A stretch of DNA of 63,322 nt, counting the filler, from Octopus bimaculoides (taxonomy: Eukaryota): the NCBI RefSeq assembly GCF_001194135.2. It is 5 parts of 5 records of this genome, joined end to end, with 100 filler letters (N's around TTAATTAATTAA, not from the genome) between each part and the next. Parts side by side here need not be neighbours in the genome. Positions count along the whole stretch, not along the records: positions 28,800 to 52,662 come from NC_068982.1; 4 more parts are not named here. The stretch is one strand, 5' to 3'. Under the pieces are notes generated by a model. The model did not search any database, had not been told where the DNA came from, and worked only from the letters and a program-made list of their open reading frames with translations. Every line of letters begins with the position of its first letter. Positions within the stretch are counted from its first letter, which is position 1. Shown in pieces: positions 36,022 through 49,844 of this stretch. A program made the translations under genes and the position numbers.

Positions 36022-38931
36022 GAAAAAGAGCAATTTGCATTTAAATGCAATCGCCACACGGTTCCAATGCTTTCTGATGGATTAATTAAATTAAAATTAA
36101 TTGATAAAATATATCGCATTTTAGTTTACTGGACAAAATATTTTTAATATAAGCATTATCCAGACAGCAAATAACGTCCATATTTATAGAACGACGAACA
36201 GGACTGCTGCTCGAAGGCAGATTCATTAACGACAGCGAAAACAGTTTTGTTTTTTCTTTAGAAATATTTAATTACCTAGACATGATATGTGATTCAGTTG
36301 TTTGGTATATACGGTGTGTGATTACCTTTCTTTTCTATCTCTGAGACAGATTAGATCGACAGCATATTTACCAGAGGAAGTGAAATGTACGAACAGATGA
36401 AATTTCTAAGAAATGGAATCTACGTCGGAATGAATGCAAAACGGATTTGTTGCAGATTTTTGTAGCGGATTCTCAAAGGTGACAATATTATAGGTGGCGA
36501 GGAGCGGGCAACAAATGTGTCGGGTTGACTTCGCTGGATATCGTTCTATTTTAATCTGCTGTTGAGGATGATATACAAATGTAGCAATGCTTTCGTAGGG
36601 AATATTGAAGATATATCACAACTTCTAACTAAGTAGGGGAGTAGGTGTGTGAAAGAGATAACGATACTAGGTCATGTGGATTTTTTTATTGGATGTGGAT
36701 TGTATGCCCTTATATTTGAAGACAGATAAGCCATCCCAAACGTATGACCAGCATTTCCTTGTGGTTGTCACATGAGTTTCTTACAGGAAATGTAACACGT
36801 TTTTTATGAAGTGCTTTCAATATATTAAATAGAAAACCGAAAATATGTTTGCATTATTAGCATTATTAAACATAAAGCATCACCAAGAGAGATTGTCGAA
36901 TATAACGAGAACTAGATTTCCTAATTTTATTCAGAATACGTGTTCCACGGTATCCATATGTTATGTGACTGAGATTTAGGGTTACAGTTGTTGTATTGAA
37001 GGTCCGGTTATGAATGATATCACATCACTGAAGTGTTCCTTTCAAGACTGTACTTCTGGAACAAGTGCATGAGTAGCATGACATGAATATATTACATGTG
37101 TTTAACACTGTTTGAAGTCGCTTAGTAAGAGTGAAGGGTAGTAGCTTACACCGGTACATAATGTTTTATGCGACTTCTTGTAGATGTTTGCTGTATCATA
37201 TTAAGATTGAGTGCGACAAAACACAAAGAGCAAAGAGGACAAAATTTAGAAGATTGAATGTAAAGATTACCATTTAAGCAAAATTTAAAACTGTGTGATG
37301 TGACTGGGTTCTTCCTTCCAGGAATAAGTTATGGGCGGATCATATTGGATTTGAGATTGGTTATGAAAGCTGTATGTTAGGCATATTAAAATATTAAAAT
37401 ATTAAAATAATTAGCTATTCTGAACGAAGAGTACCAATCAGACTTTGACCAATTTTGCAAGAAGGGGCACCGAAGATATAATGGCATATTTCCGTGGCAC
37501 TGCAGTATATCTCACTTTAAGATTGGCGTAGAGACAGTTCGTTCAGGTCACACTACATGGAAAGCAATTAGTGGAAGTGTCATTTGCAAGAATAAAAGTC
37601 TGTAGCATTCAGGCGACTTTCGTTACGTTGAGGTGACTATCGTTTTAACTTTGGATAATCTTGACTGAATAGATCTTTTATTAAAATATTGTCTATTGTC
37701 TATGTACGTCTTACACCTATATGTTTATAACAGGGATTATATCATAAACACATACCTCTTTTTATTAAAGGGTATAAAGACTGATTTAAAGATGTGTCTA
37801 GCTTCAATTTCTAGCATGATTAAGATTTACCTTGAGGTATCCTCGCACAAGCGCGTTGATTCTTGCAAAGACAGGTAGGATATATTTTAACAGTAATTGG
37901 ACAATCAATTATGAAGAGTTTTGCAATCCACGATATATTTAAACAACAAAGAACTTACTATAATCATGTTGACAGAATGGGGAGTATACAATTAGACGAG
38001 AATTTAATACCATAGTAGACTTTATTACAGATGAAAATATAGCACCAACATTACGTTGTAGTGTGAAAATCGATACGCCAGTGAAACATCAATTAAAACA
38101 AGGAGAAAAATAGAACTTATAATACTTGTTATGCAGGCTGCATAAAAATATCAGGAAATTGTGTGGAATACAACATACTAGAAAAGAGATGAAAACTAAT
38201 GTTGATTAGCAACATCACCTGTATTTTCTGACTTGGGAAACAATAAAGTGGGAAAAAAAGTGGAGATGCAAACGCATGGATAATACAGAGCATTGAAGAA
38301 GTATTTTTATTGTGTTGAAGAAAGATAAAGTAAATAAGAGATTTCGAGATTTCAACAAAGGATTAAACCCTTGCTGGAAAGAACATAGTATTCTAGAAAT
38401 AAAAGAATATTATTAAAAGTAGAATTATTAAAGTTATAAATAACGAGTATTGAAACACACATACAATGAAACACACACACACAGACACACACATACACAT
38501 GCACAAACAAACACACATACACACATACACACTCACATACACCCATACATCAGCAAACGTATAGGTTTGAAATAGGTAAGAGGATATGTAATGTGAGGGG
38601 TGGAAATTGTAAAATTAAATAAAAATAATATCAAACTACTACGTGGAAATCAGCGGACTAAAATAGAAAACACTAATGTGGAGTAAAAAATATATGATAT
38701 ATTATCATTGCAATGCGCGCGAAAAACAGAAATGGAGATAGACGCGAAACGATGTGAAGGCGCGTGACTTTGCAGTTAGTCCGTTGTACTCACGATCGCT
38801 AGATCGTGGGTTCAGTTCCAAGACAGGCGGTACGTTGTTTTCTGACGAAAACCACGTAATTTCACGTTCATCCAGCCACGATAAGATGGGGATGAATACT
38901 AAGTACTGCTAAACGCTAGGTACCCTTTCCT

Positions 38932-39027
38932 CGCGTCACTGAAACGTTTCCATGGCAACATGAAATTCCATCTGTCAGAAGAAATTTCCTATTGAATTAT
39001 CCTAATAAGAAAACGAAAACTGACGCG
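38932..39027. promoter_or_regulatory. Candidate promoter with an RFX X-box
   Basis: GTTTCCATGGCAAC at 38946-38959, flanked by inverted TGACGCG motifs (38932-38938 on -, 39021-39027 on +) in CpG-retaining non-repeat DNA. Confidence 0.35.
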
Positions 39028-39204
39028 AACATTCCCTCCTTCAGGAAGTTAGCTCTGTTCTGTTTGTAGGAATGTCGTCGGTAGGAACTCTGTACTGTGA
39101 ATCCAGTACGAGCTGTGGACACACAAGAGTTGGGGCAGCTTAATTGAAAGGTAATCAGAGCAGATAGTTTTCATATGTGTAAGATGCACAGAATCCTTAA
39201 CACT

Positions 39205-39465
39205 TCAATGATCGGGAAAATTGATCCTCTTAAATGCCCTGGTAGTTCATTGGAGGTAGTGGATAATTTCTGGTACCTAAGGGAGAAAAGTAGTATTAGG
39301 GGAGGAAACACGGAGAGTGTAATAGCTAGAATAGGAGTAGAATGGAGTAAATTCAGAGAGCTTTTACCACTGTTAGCCGCGAAAGCTTTCCCTCTCCGAG
39401 TGAATGGAAGATTTCATGGTGAATGTATACAGACAGCAATTGTTACATGGCGGTGAGATGTGGGC
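39205..39465 (+). mobile_element. RTE-clade LINE fragment
   Basis: SLEVVDNFWYL...ESVIARIGVEWSKFRELLPLL is typical of the post-RT region of RTE; truncated by a minus-strand SINE head. Confidence 0.75.
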
Positions 39466-39469
39466 CGTG

Positions 39470-39590
39470 AATGCCACCCCTGCCGGAGCCTCATGTGGCA
39501 TTAGGTGTTCTCACTCAATAAACACTCACAATGGTCTGGGAATCGAAACCGTGATGCCCCGATAGCGAGTCTGCTGCCCTACTCACTGAA
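39470..39590 (-). mobile_element. 5' fragment of the same SINE family
   Basis: Reverse complement of the head: CACTCAATAAACACTCACAATGGTCTGGGAATCGAAACC. Confidence 0.7.
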
Positions 39591-39666
39591 CATTTACACC
39601 TCCACACTAAGTAATAGGGACGTAAATAGAACTACACTGATGATGGAAGGAAATGCAGAAAATAAG

Positions 39667-39704
<38 letters not shown>

Positions 39705-41497
39705 ACAGATACAAGTATCCGGCACACACACGCACAAACACATACACGTGCACACACTCAAAGACACACATACACACACATATCCCCATATGCAGGACGG
39801 GCGTCTGCATAGTTTACGTCGAGCCAATTCACCCATAAGGCATCGGTTGACCTGAAGCTGTAGAGAACTGTTGGCTAAGATGCCGCCTCGAGTGAATTAA
39901 AACCTCTGAGAATTCCACCTTATTCTAAGGTTGATTTTGACAGAAGAGGAAGAAAGGCTGCGTGTGGGGCACTGCCCCTCGAAAAGGAAACCATTAATGT
40001 CTATTCTTATTATTCTTTTGGACTTTTACTTGTTTCAGTCATATGACTGCGGCCATGCTGGAACCACTGCCTTTTAGTCAAACAAATTGACTCCAGAACT
40101 TATTTTTTGTAAGCCTAGTAATTATTCTGGCGGTCCCCTTTCGCCGAACCACTAATTTACACAGACATAAACAAACCAACAACAGCTGTCGGGCGATGGT
40201 CGGGGAGGTTTATTTCGGTTTCCATCTAACAAATTCCTTCACGAGGCTTTGGTCTGCCTGAACCAATAGAATGGGACTGAACCCGGAACCCGGATTGAAC
40301 CACGTACGTACCACACAGCAAACGTAGACACATAAAAACACAAAATTTACTCGATGATTCGTCAGGGTACAAATGAATAGACAGTTATCAATTATGACAC
40401 CCGACGACCAAATTACACTTTGTCTTAACATATTTCCTCCGATTGTAGATGTTTCGATACAGCATATGTAATAAAATAACCAAAAATATGACAATTGCCA
40501 AGGGCTTGATCCTTGATGGACGTACTGGAAATAATCAATTTTCTTTTATAGATTATACGACTGGTTGGCTTGATGTTTACAAATATTTCTGTAGTATAGG
40601 ATACAGACATATATTTTGCATACCGATGCAATATCCGTAGCTTCGCACATTATGTTTAGAGATAACGCCATTCAATAAAATTACTTATTTGTTCCTCTAG
40701 ATCTGTCTGCAGATGTCGATAATATTTGCATTTTATACAGTTATGCAGGATGTGGTATACAGCGGATCGCCTATTTCCCTTCATTACCGAACATGCAATA
40801 CGTAATTTAGTGTTTATAACACCGTTCAATTGCATTTTACAGCGTTATTCACAATGAATCATAATCTGATATAGTTTACAGTTTACAGCAATATTTACAG
40901 GTATCAATATTTTACAGTAGGCAGCTTGCATTCAAAAATTGTTGTTTAAAATATTGTACTGGATATAATTTAATATATACAGATCAAAGTTTTTGCAACT
41001 TATTCACTTAATATTTTATAGTGTGCAAGATGTTGTAAATGAAACTCATAATACGTTAAATTTACGTGAGATTTACTGTAGTAACTAGAGAATCTATGTA
41101 GACTTTCATATATCATCTACAATTCCTGTTACTGTCAAACAAATGCTATCGCAGTTCATTAAAGTATTACTTCTTGTTAGATTAACCTCAAATCAAGCAG
41201 CGTCTTTCATACTAATTTTGTTACGCTGCTCATAATCAGTTTAACCTATGTCACGGTTTTCGCTATTTATATTTGACATATGACTAATGAAGAGTATTTA
41301 GATGTCAGGCTGTGTTCTCTTGTGACTGTCTTTATTTTGTTAGGTATTTTGCTATGCAATCTTGAAACGTATGAAGCGTCACAGAGGATATATTTGTCTC
41401 TTTAGGATATATAAGGCCAGTGTATGCGCTCGGGGATTCAGGGTATCGGTTCATATTAGCAGTTTCATAAAAATTCATTCCATTATGAGATGTTTCT

Positions 41498-41726
41498 TAT
41501 TTCTTTACTGCCCACAAGGGACTACACACAGAGGGGACAAACAAGGACATACAAACGGATTAAGTCGATTAGATCGACCCCAGTGCGTAACAGGTACTTA
41601 TTTAATCGACCCTGAAAGGATGAAATGCAAAGTCGACCTCGACGGAATTTGAACTCATAATGTAGCGGCAGACGAAATACCGCTACGCATTTCGTCCAGC
41701 GTGCTAACGGTTCTGACAGCCCGCCG
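41498..41726 (-). mobile_element. tRNA-like SINE (third family) with 18-bp TSD
   Basis: Body CGACCCTGAAAGGATGAAATGCAAAGTCGACCTCGACGGAATTTGAACTC; TSD CCATTATGAGATGTTTCT at 41480-41497 and 41727-41744. Confidence 0.88.
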
Positions 41727-44627
41727 CCATTATGAGATGTTTCTGTTGCGAACACGCTTAATCTCCAACCGTTCAGAGGCTTTTCGATATTAAACAAGCT
41801 TTTGTCATTGACGATGACTTCGAAGACAAAGATAATCATATGATCGATCACATATTAGCATTACAACGTATGATCAATCATGCATTTGCATTGCAACTTA
41901 CTTCATATAGCTTCAAGAGAACTGACACCGATTATTTACGTACTTCGTAAGCTTATCTTGCACACATTCATTATGTTTCATTGTTTACATCTGTACGCAG
42001 TCTGTTTGAAGATATATTTCTCAAAGATTATAGAAAACTTCAGTTGTAGAATATTTAAATCGATATAAGCTGTTTCGTGTATTGTGAAAAATTTCAATAG
42101 TCAAACTGACGAGTATAGAATGGGCATAACTGGTCGCAGAACACTCTTTAGCGAGACTATTCTACTATTATTAATAAGCAAGCGATCTTTGGATGTTGTT
42201 TAGAAAACTCTGCTGGAAATTGACTTTTGTTACATAAGATTCATTACGATTTGATACTAAACACCATCTATCGAAATCATTTTTGTTTACTGATTATGAA
42301 GACAGAATGTTTTATTGAGTTAGGATACTGTGCCAACATTATTTACTTGCTTCCGTAGGGATCATTCGAAGTTTGTTTTCTTATAATATTGGAAGAATTT
42401 GAACGTGACGCGCTCCAGAAGGAAACTAAGACTAAAACAGTTATTGTTTGTAAATGGTCACGGTGGATTGGATATCATTATACGTGCAATAAAAATATAT
42501 TTCCACTGTTCACTAATTTAAATCAATTTTGCGTCGCACCAGCATGATTCTATATCTGGAGAACATCCCCAATGGAAACTTCACTTAATAAGCAACAAAT
42601 AAATGTTTCACATTGTTATCATTTGCCAAATCATCGACATGTCTTACGTTTCTACTTCTCGTCTCTGCTATGGTTGTATGGCTTTCTACGTTGTTAGAGT
42701 ACAACTCCATTAGCTTTTCGACTGATCACGGATGAAATAATATGCAACAAAGGATTTGCTTTATTTTTTACTGTAAGTTACCATACAATGACCACAGGTC
42801 GATAACGAGGAAAACATTCGTTTAGAAACCCATTAAATCTCAACAATACCATGGTTTATTATTCAGTTGAAATAATTTCAAATTTGCGGGGTCGAAATTT
42901 ACTTTCATAGCATAAAGGCTAACATTATTTTACTCTGCATACCTTGAATATACTCCGATGTCTCTTCCAAAAGACATTATACTATTACTATATGGCATTC
43001 TTGAAAAGCATTGCCGTAACATTGTCCCTTGTAAAATCATAGCCTTTTCTATTACCTGAGTGATATTTGGCATCTGACTTGCTTACTTTTACCATTTGTC
43101 AATTTTTCTGTTATACTTTTATCATCCTTCCAAATCTTTTAGCATCATGCATGCAAAGGTTTAATCATTAATTTATCTAATAATTGTAGCTAGATTGGCC
43201 ATCAACATAGATTTATTTCTTTTATTATCTGACTGATTAAAACCAATTTAAAATAGACGTTTTTTTTTTCAAAACAATACCATACATCTCAACAAAAGGC
43301 TGTTTATTTCAGGTAGTTACATACAAGATATAAATGACAGAGTGAAACATTGACGAATGCACTCTAGACGAAAAGCGAGATTAACCAGAAGATTCAATGA
43401 GTTGAAGGCTCATTGATGTAAACGGAATTATTGAACTGAAAGATCTAATGTTGATCTTAATATTGCGAAATATGTATGGCATGTATGGCTTAAAATATCT
43501 TTCAAGTGATCAGGAAAATGTTGATGCTAAACGATAAAAATGGCATAGCATTGGCAGCGAGTAATACACGAGCGATGAATGTTTTTTTGCTGAAAATAAA
43601 TTTACTCCATTAAATTGATATATTACTTTAAATCCTCCTCGTATATGGTAAACGGTATTTGTTGCAGATATCGTTATATTATTTTATGCATCCCTTCAGA
43701 TCGTACTGGCCCAGATTCTCAAGATTGCGATATCTCTTGATATTTTTGTAATATAATTCACTTTGCCTTCTCTCAGGGCCTTATATAATTTCATATTTTT
43801 GCTGTGCAAAATGTATCTTTTCAGGATATCCATCTTCAAATTAAGTTGATGTTATTTGTCTTCAATAATCAATTCTTCATCTCTTTGTTCTTCACTTTTA
43901 GTTTGTCACCTTCCAGCAGCTCGTTATCTTAGGTTTTCAGTTATATGGTTTCATTTGTTAGAAATCTCATTAGAAATTCTGTTGCGATTTTGGCCAGCAT
44001 TTCTTTTATTGTTTTATAACTTAGTTCATAGGTTCATTTTACGTTCTCTTTGCTAGGCATTGCTTAAACAGAGCATCAACTCTTTCGTTGCCTTCATTAA
44101 TAGTTGTCACAAGTATGCACATACGTCTTAGTCTTTCACTATTTAACATCAAATCTAGGCATACACTAAAATTTCTTGTAATCGACCAACAAAAACTATT
44201 AGGGACAAGCTAATTTAGTTATGTAGCTGGTTTCCTGGAAGTTTGCTTTGTTTTTTAGCCTTTGATGTATGCACCCCTTGCATTACGTTGTCCATTCAAT
44301 TCTCTGAGATTTCCGTTCATATTTTTATCTCGTAATTGAATGAAAACTATACTTTTAAATATTATCAACTCATTTATTATTTTCTTGATTTTAAGTAATA
44401 CATTATAACAAATTCTTTCTTTTAGACGTTCATGTGGCGTCAAAATTGAAGAACTTGCTGTCATTTACATGCTGACGTTACACACATTTTCATATATTAC
44501 AGTATATAAATATTCAATTAAATTCAGCTCAAGTATTATGTAAATCGATATAAAAAATATGGATATTCTGCCTCACTCACATGCGGCAAATGATACGAAG
44601 TGTGATTTGTGATCGGTTTTGAAAATT

Positions 44628-45030
44628 GGCGTGGTTGTGTGGTAAGAAGTTTGCTTCCCAACGACATAGTCTCTGGTTCAGTCCCACAGCCAGCAAGTAG
44701 GCAAGTGCCTTGTACCGACCTTAGGCCGACCAACGCCTTGTGAGTGGATATGATAGACGGAAACTGGAAGGAAACCGTCGTGTATATATTTGTGTGTGTG
44801 TGTGTAGTTTTATGTGTGTGTGTATGTTCTGTATTTATCTCCCACCATTGCAAGACAACTAATACTGACGTGTTTGCGACTTGGTAACTTAGCAGTTCGG
44901 CAACAGATAACGATAGACTAAGAACCAGTTTTAGAAAATTGTAATGAGCTCGGTTCATTCGACTAAATATACTTCAAGGCGGTGCCTCAGTCTAATGTCT
45001 GAAGACAGTATAAAAAAAAAAGAATAAAGT
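44628..45030 (+). mobile_element. SINE with internal (TG)n microsatellite (fourth family)
   Basis: Head GTGGTTGTGTGGTAAGAAG...GGTTCAGTCCCAC, internal (TG)n, then GTAACTTAGCAGTTCGGCAA. Tails of this family recur at 1-65, 10790-10985, 17570-17760, 20853-20930, 26870-27180, 28135-28350, 40020-40300, 57570-57790 and 62930-63090. Confidence 0.75.
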
Positions 45031-45229
45031 AAAACTGGAAATATGTAACAATGATTTATTACTCATAATTTGTACGAGCAACTGTAAATTAATCCCAATG
45101 TCCATCCTCTTCACCATATCCCCATACATATACAAGTGCCTGTATATGCACCTACCTGCGTACGTACGTATATATGTATGTATTTATGTATGCATGCATG
45201 TATGTATGCATGCATACATGTATGCATGA

Positions 45230-45548
45230 CCATGGGAGACTAAAGAGATTCCTCTCCGGGGCATAAGTCTGGGCGAAATGTCGCCTCACCGGCGAACGCA
45301 CAACCTAAATTTGTTTTATGGAAGACCAGAAGTCGCCCACGCATACCAGCCTCCCCTCTCCCCTCCACCGATGTTATCCAAGGAAAAGGCAAAGGGACCG
45401 ATACAGTTTGGCACCAGTGAACTGGAGCAAATGAAATAAAGTGTCTTCCTCAAGACTACAAAATGTAACCCTGTCCTGAAATCGAACGTACAACCTCACG
45501 ATCTTACGATCTAACTCGACGCTATCATCACTGAGCCATGGGCATTCA
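45230..45548 (-). mobile_element. SINE, same family as 26256
   Basis: Shares TTTATGGAAGACCAG, GCATACCAGCCTCCCCTCTCC, AACTGGAGCAA..TGAAATAAAGTGTCTT and CACTGAGCCATG. Confidence 0.75.
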
Positions 45549-45925
45549 CATGTATGTACGTATGTATATAATTATGTATGAGAAAATCGAAATGAAGCAA
45601 GGACACGATAAACGAAAGAGAACATGGTTACAAGAATAAGTTGAAATTTCATGGCTCATGGCACAACTCTGTATTCTTATCAAAGTTAGTAGTAAATACC
45701 ACAGGGATGATATTTGCAAGACGTTGCAGTCGTGCTTCTATGTCGAGGACAGAAGTTAAATATACGTAACTACGATTACAGAGATATGCTCACATACGCG
45801 CATACTAACACAGAGACACACGCAAAGTAAACACAAGCAAATACCGCCTGTTTGTAAGGTCTTAAGTAGAGACTGTTCATATAACATAAAATTGATCTTA
45901 TGTATATATAAAAACATACGTATAC

Positions 45926-45986
<61 letters not shown>

Positions 45987-46239
45987 ACGACAAGACATAC
46001 ACACATACGTATATATAGACATACATATAATTTTCACGAATTTGTGCAAATGTGAATAGAATGATATAACAGTTGGATAACGTTAAAACATGATGTCTTT
46101 ATCAAACGTTTTTACAATATTGAAGTGTGTTAAACAAAAAAAGAATATGTAATGTTTATAAAGTTCAAGTATCGCTTTCATACGTTCGTAGTAATCATCA
46201 GATTTCGAAACGTATTTTCTTAGGCTTGAGTTGAGTGCT

Positions 46240-47020
46240 TGACAACTCTCTAGCCAAGACAATTCGTACTATAGTAGATAATACAAATATCAAGAACATA
46301 CGACTTATAGAACTCAAATAATTCATGATCGAGCAAAGATACCCTCTCCTTCTTATTGAAAATAGCATACAGCGAACAAAAGAGATACCTATAGAACAAC
46401 TTCGAGCAGCGTGAGAAAAACGAGCCCATCAACGGAACTCAATACCATTTCTAGTAACACACAATCCGCATCACCAAAACATTTTTAACATCATCAAAAC
46501 AATTTTGCCAATCATGAAAGAAAGTGAAAAATTAAAAAAAAAATAGTTACTATTCAAACAATTACCTGAAGCAAAAGGCGACCACACAACTATTAACAAA
46601 GGCAAAATTCAACATGAACAAAGAGGATAAACCATTCGCAGTATCTAAGTGTAATGATAACAGATGTGGAACGTGTCAATACATGCATACCGGTAAATAC
46701 AGTAGAACTAAAAGTGCATAGATTTTGCAGATATGAACTGCAAAAGCAGAAATTTTATCTACTGCATTAAATGCCCCAATTGCGAGGAATGATACATTGA
46801 CGAGACAGGGAATGCGCTATCGAAACACTCACGAGATAACAGACAACAATTCAGGAACACTAATATTCGCCAGATTCTATTGAGCGGACATATAGAAACG
46901 TGTTCAGAAAATGTTCCTAACTTTTCCTTTCCCCAAACTACAGGACACAAGTGAGACTGGAAGACACATAAAATACAAACGGTACATTAACATTTGCAGA
47001 CCTGTTCTGAACGGAAATAA
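46240..47020 (+). mobile_element. Penelope-like element 3' fragment (linker + GIY-YIG), disrupted
   Basis: Frames give IPFLVTHNPHH, SKCNDNRCGTC, MNCKSRNFIYCIKCPNCEE*YIDETGN, RQILLSGHIETC; stops and frameshifts present. Confidence 0.8.
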
Positions 47021-47596
47021 AAACAATAACCTCCAGTTAATGATGTGGATTAAAAAATATTTTTAACATAAGAAAAGAAACAAAATACAGAAGACTCTCA
47101 CCGATTGAAATAAAAACGATCGTATCCACTTACGTTTGCTCACTCGCAAAACCATATTATGTAAACAGCAAGCTAATTGGTTCGAATAAAGGCGGTATCT
47201 TCTCAAAACATGTACTTTGAATATATGCCTCATATGAACGTCATGCATAAAATATATTTGCCCTTAATTCTGAGCTGCTATGGTACTCAAATATACAAGC
47301 ATTAAGCATATACCCAGCACATTGCAAGCTATAATCTAACTTAACTTTCATCAACCATGAAACCTTACAAATTCGACGTTGAAATAAGTGTAACAATGTG
47401 CAATATACGTGTAATAAAAATGTAAACGTAAATTACACGTGCAAGTTAGGTAAAAGCCCACAAATTATGCAGTAAAAACGTGTTCTTGAAGTACAGCTAC
47501 AGAATCGCATGTACACATCTAAAATATACACAGAGTAATAGGCACATAAGGGCATTTTATGTACATATACTCATATGCATAAATACGTATACATAC

Positions 47597-47642
<46 letters not shown>

Positions 47643-47759
47643 CATGTTTGTGTAAATGTGTATGGAATGATATAATGATTCATATTTCCTATACCATAAA
47701 CCCTATACTAATTTAAAATATATTAGCTCTTTCAGTAATCACTTTAAATCCATTACAGG

Positions 47760-48720
47760 GAATTTAGGAATATTTCACTTAGACTTTCTAGATTATCTGC
47801 TAATGTTGACATCTTCAACGATAAAGCCCAATTTTATAACTTGGCCTTACTTAAAGCAGGCTATAAAGAAAAAAAATACCTATATTAACCCTATTAATAT
47901 TAATTCTACCTCTATTAATCAGGACATGAAATCAATTCATGACGATATTAACCTTATAAATTTTAATTCCAATAACAACACTAAATCGAGTAATGTAATT
48001 CTTCAGCATAAGGGAGATAACTGTTCTTTAAAACCCTTTTTTCGTTACAAAGTACATCGAGGACTTTTAAAGATAATTACCAAAACAACAAGGTATGTCA
48101 TAGCAAAACTGTAAGGTTAATAATTCCATATGGTAAGAAAATCAAATCTAACCTCCCTTATCAATTTCATGAAGCTATAAATAAGTATTTCACCAAGAAT
48201 TCAAGATACTATTCCATTATTAATTCACATCGAATCAGGATAAGGTTCTTTAACACTAAAAACATTTCCCAAATCATATCTGCGCATAATAATAAGTTGT
48301 TAAATACAAATCCACTTAATGAAAATAGTAACATTGATAATATTAACACTAACCATTCTTTAAATAATAATAGTAACAATATTAGTATTTCTGATATAAA
48401 TTCTAATGTAAAACTACTTACGGTTCTGACGTCATTTTTATATAGGTAGTTCTTCATCTCAGTTGTCCAAAAGAATATCTAATCATTACTCTACATTTAG
48501 CGATATCAATAAACGGTATCTAAATGATCATAATAAACAATTTGATTTGGATTGGAATATTCTATCTAAACAATTTCCATAAGATAAAGGTAAATCTTTT
48601 TCCACGCTCTCGAACGATGAACTTTATTTCATCCTGTCCTCAGAGAATTGTCCTGTTAACATGCTTCAAAAATTCAATTTAGTTTATATACGTGATTTCT
48701 ATCAATCCGTAAATCTATAT
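47760..48720 (+). mobile_element. Penelope-like element 3' fragment of a second family, disrupted
   Basis: NISLRLSRLSANVDIFNDKAQFYNLALLKAGYKEK, PYGKKIKSN, NISQIISAHNNKLL, and YIGSSSSQLSKRISNH (YIG at 48439-48447). Confidence 0.7.
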
Positions 48721-49033
48721 TAGGAGGTTTGGAGGTGTTTACAGGAATTATATATTAGAAAAATAATAATAAGGTACTCAGATATCTTGCTGGTTGTACA
48801 TTTACAGATTTTTATTAATATGTCACATGTTTTTATAGATAGCGCTTGCATCAAGTCTTGTAGATTCTCTAGATTTAATTTTTCTTCAGAGGATTTGTCT
48901 GTTTTTATAGTATTATTGAATATGTAGGGGTGGAGAAAGTTAGATAGGATAGTAAAAGAGGGCCAGGAATGGGGAGAAAACTGAGAGTGTGTGTGTATGT
49001 GTGTGCGTGTGTGTATGTGTGTGCCTGTGTATC

Positions 49034-49075
<42 letters not shown>

Positions 49076-49080
49076 GCATA

Positions 49081-49693
49081 CGAAGGAGAGTTAAACATTA
49101 TACACGCCTGTTTTTTCAATGCGTTTACACAAAAGCAGAGGATAAAGAAATACGTCATTTTTCTATATCGTCTCTTTCCTTCTCGATTCACTTAGCCCAG
49201 CAGTCCGTCCAAAGGCTTGCGTATTCCCTGCAAAGTTTTCGTTTAGTCGCGCATCCATTTCTGCACCAATTTTTCTGAGCGGTCCAAAAAATATGATAGT
49301 CGGAAGAGGTGAAGTCATGGCTGTCGGCAACTTAAAACCCAATTGGTTAATGGTTTCTGCGGTCTGCGCGGCCGTGTAGGTGCGTGCATTGTCATGCAAC
49401 AACAAAACATTCTGCGACAGTAGGTTTTGACGTTTGATACGAACTGCTGGCTTTAGTTTGTTGGCCAGCAAAGCACTACATCTTGCAATGTTGATCGTAC
49501 ACCTCTCTTCCACAGAAATCGGAGCCCTTTTTTCTTTTTCTTTTGTGATCATTGCTTAAAATGTAAATCCAGAAAGAAAAGTGGCGCGATCAAGCTCAGA
49601 CTTCTGTCATGTGACGACAGTAGTACCAACTATAAGAACGCCTACGCAGAAGACAGTGTGACAATAATAAAGATAATATTTAATTTCACTTCC
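49081..49693 (-). mobile_element. Internally deleted mariner element
   Basis: KLKPAVRIKRQNLLSQNVLLLHDNARTYTAAQT (HDNAR motif). Degenerate TIRs 49081-49101 and 49673-49693 match 15/21; TA on the left. Confidence 0.8.
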
Positions 49694-49771
49694 TCTCTCT
49701 CTCTCTTTCTCTCTCTCACTCCTCTCTCTCTCTCTTTCTCTCTCTCACTCCTCTCTCTCTCTCTCTCTCTC

Positions 49772-49844
<73 letters not shown>

